DNA from: Squalus acanthias | Taxonomy: Eukaryota | Assembly: GCA_030390025.1 (NCBI GenBank) | Contig: CM059433.1 | Coordinates: forward strand, 4,030,001-4,094,000 | Direction of reading: 5' to 3' | DNA: 64,000 nt | Part shown: positions 63,386 through 64,000 of the stretch, piece by piece | How positions within the stretch are numbered: the stretch's first letter is position 1 | How the letters are laid out: the number at the start of each line of letters is the position of its first letter | Program-made: the position numbers and the translations under genes | Notes under the pieces: generated by a model | The model's input: only the letters and a program-made list of their open reading frames with translations | Told to the model about the DNA's origin: nothing | Databases searched by the model: none

Positions 63386-64000
63386 TCCTTTTAACATTTG
63401 CCGATGGTGTAAAATGAAAGATACCAGTTTGGCCGTCCATTATACACCTTGCTCGATTTTCCTTATTGAAATCAATGGAGAGGAAAATTGGGCGGGTTGT
63501 ATAGTGAGCAGCCGATCTGATATCGCCCAGTTTACACCATTGCCGAAAGTTAAAATTACCCCCACTACGTCTAAACCCACTACACTACCCAGTCCCTCCC
63601 CCTGACCACCACCGCACCCCTACACCCCCGCCCACAACTGTTTATTTTTAAATTCCTTTTCCCAATTAAAAACTTTATTTTTTTTTCCTTTTCCTTGCAC
63701 GTATTATCCCTAATTGGGCAGGATAAACTGAACTGACCTGGAGGCAGCAGTGCAATCCTCAACATTACTGCTCGATGTCCAGGCAGCAAGAGGCACAGTT
63801 CAAATGGGTGAGTGTCTAGTGTTTGTTCTCTCCAGGCTATGCGAGGCCATCTCTCATCTGCATTGTGCTCCAAAACGGTGGCCTGACTAACAACTCACAA
63901 AACTGAGACGAATGAGTCCAATATCGGGCGGCGGTAGCAATCGTGCAGTCACTGCGTTGAACCAGGTCAGCTAAACAGCTCTTTACACAGTTACAGCCAG

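Overview
Eukaryotic (vertebrate) intronic or intergenic DNA dominated by transposable elements. The repeat set (HER1-type CR1 LINEs, an HE1-type V-SINE, DeuSINE-like, AmnSINE2-like and LF-SINE-like copies) points to a cartilaginous fish; this is inferred from recalled consensus sequences. No complete host gene is visible, only a few candidate exons. The most notable content is two families of Penelope-like retroelements (PLEs; RT + GIY-YIG) whose 3' UTRs carry minimal hammerhead ribozymes with covarying stems and palindromic stem III. Five insertions with 11-14 bp target-site duplications (TSDs), plus one degraded copy, are head-to-head hairpins from about 150 bp to 4.1 kb. In each, one arm ends at the full 3' tail and the other at a fixed internal site about 25-40 nt upstream, suggesting priming from both target nicks. 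One copy keeps an uninterrupted ~700-codon RT/GIY-YIG frame. Also present: a decayed Gypsy LTR element with both LTRs and a TSD, an RTE LINE, a CR1/L2-group LINE with a tRNA-like head and a matching head+tail SINE, many Harbinger remnants and MITEs (one with a 63-bp minisatellite derived from its transposase), a Tc1/pogo-type MITE, and simple repeats.
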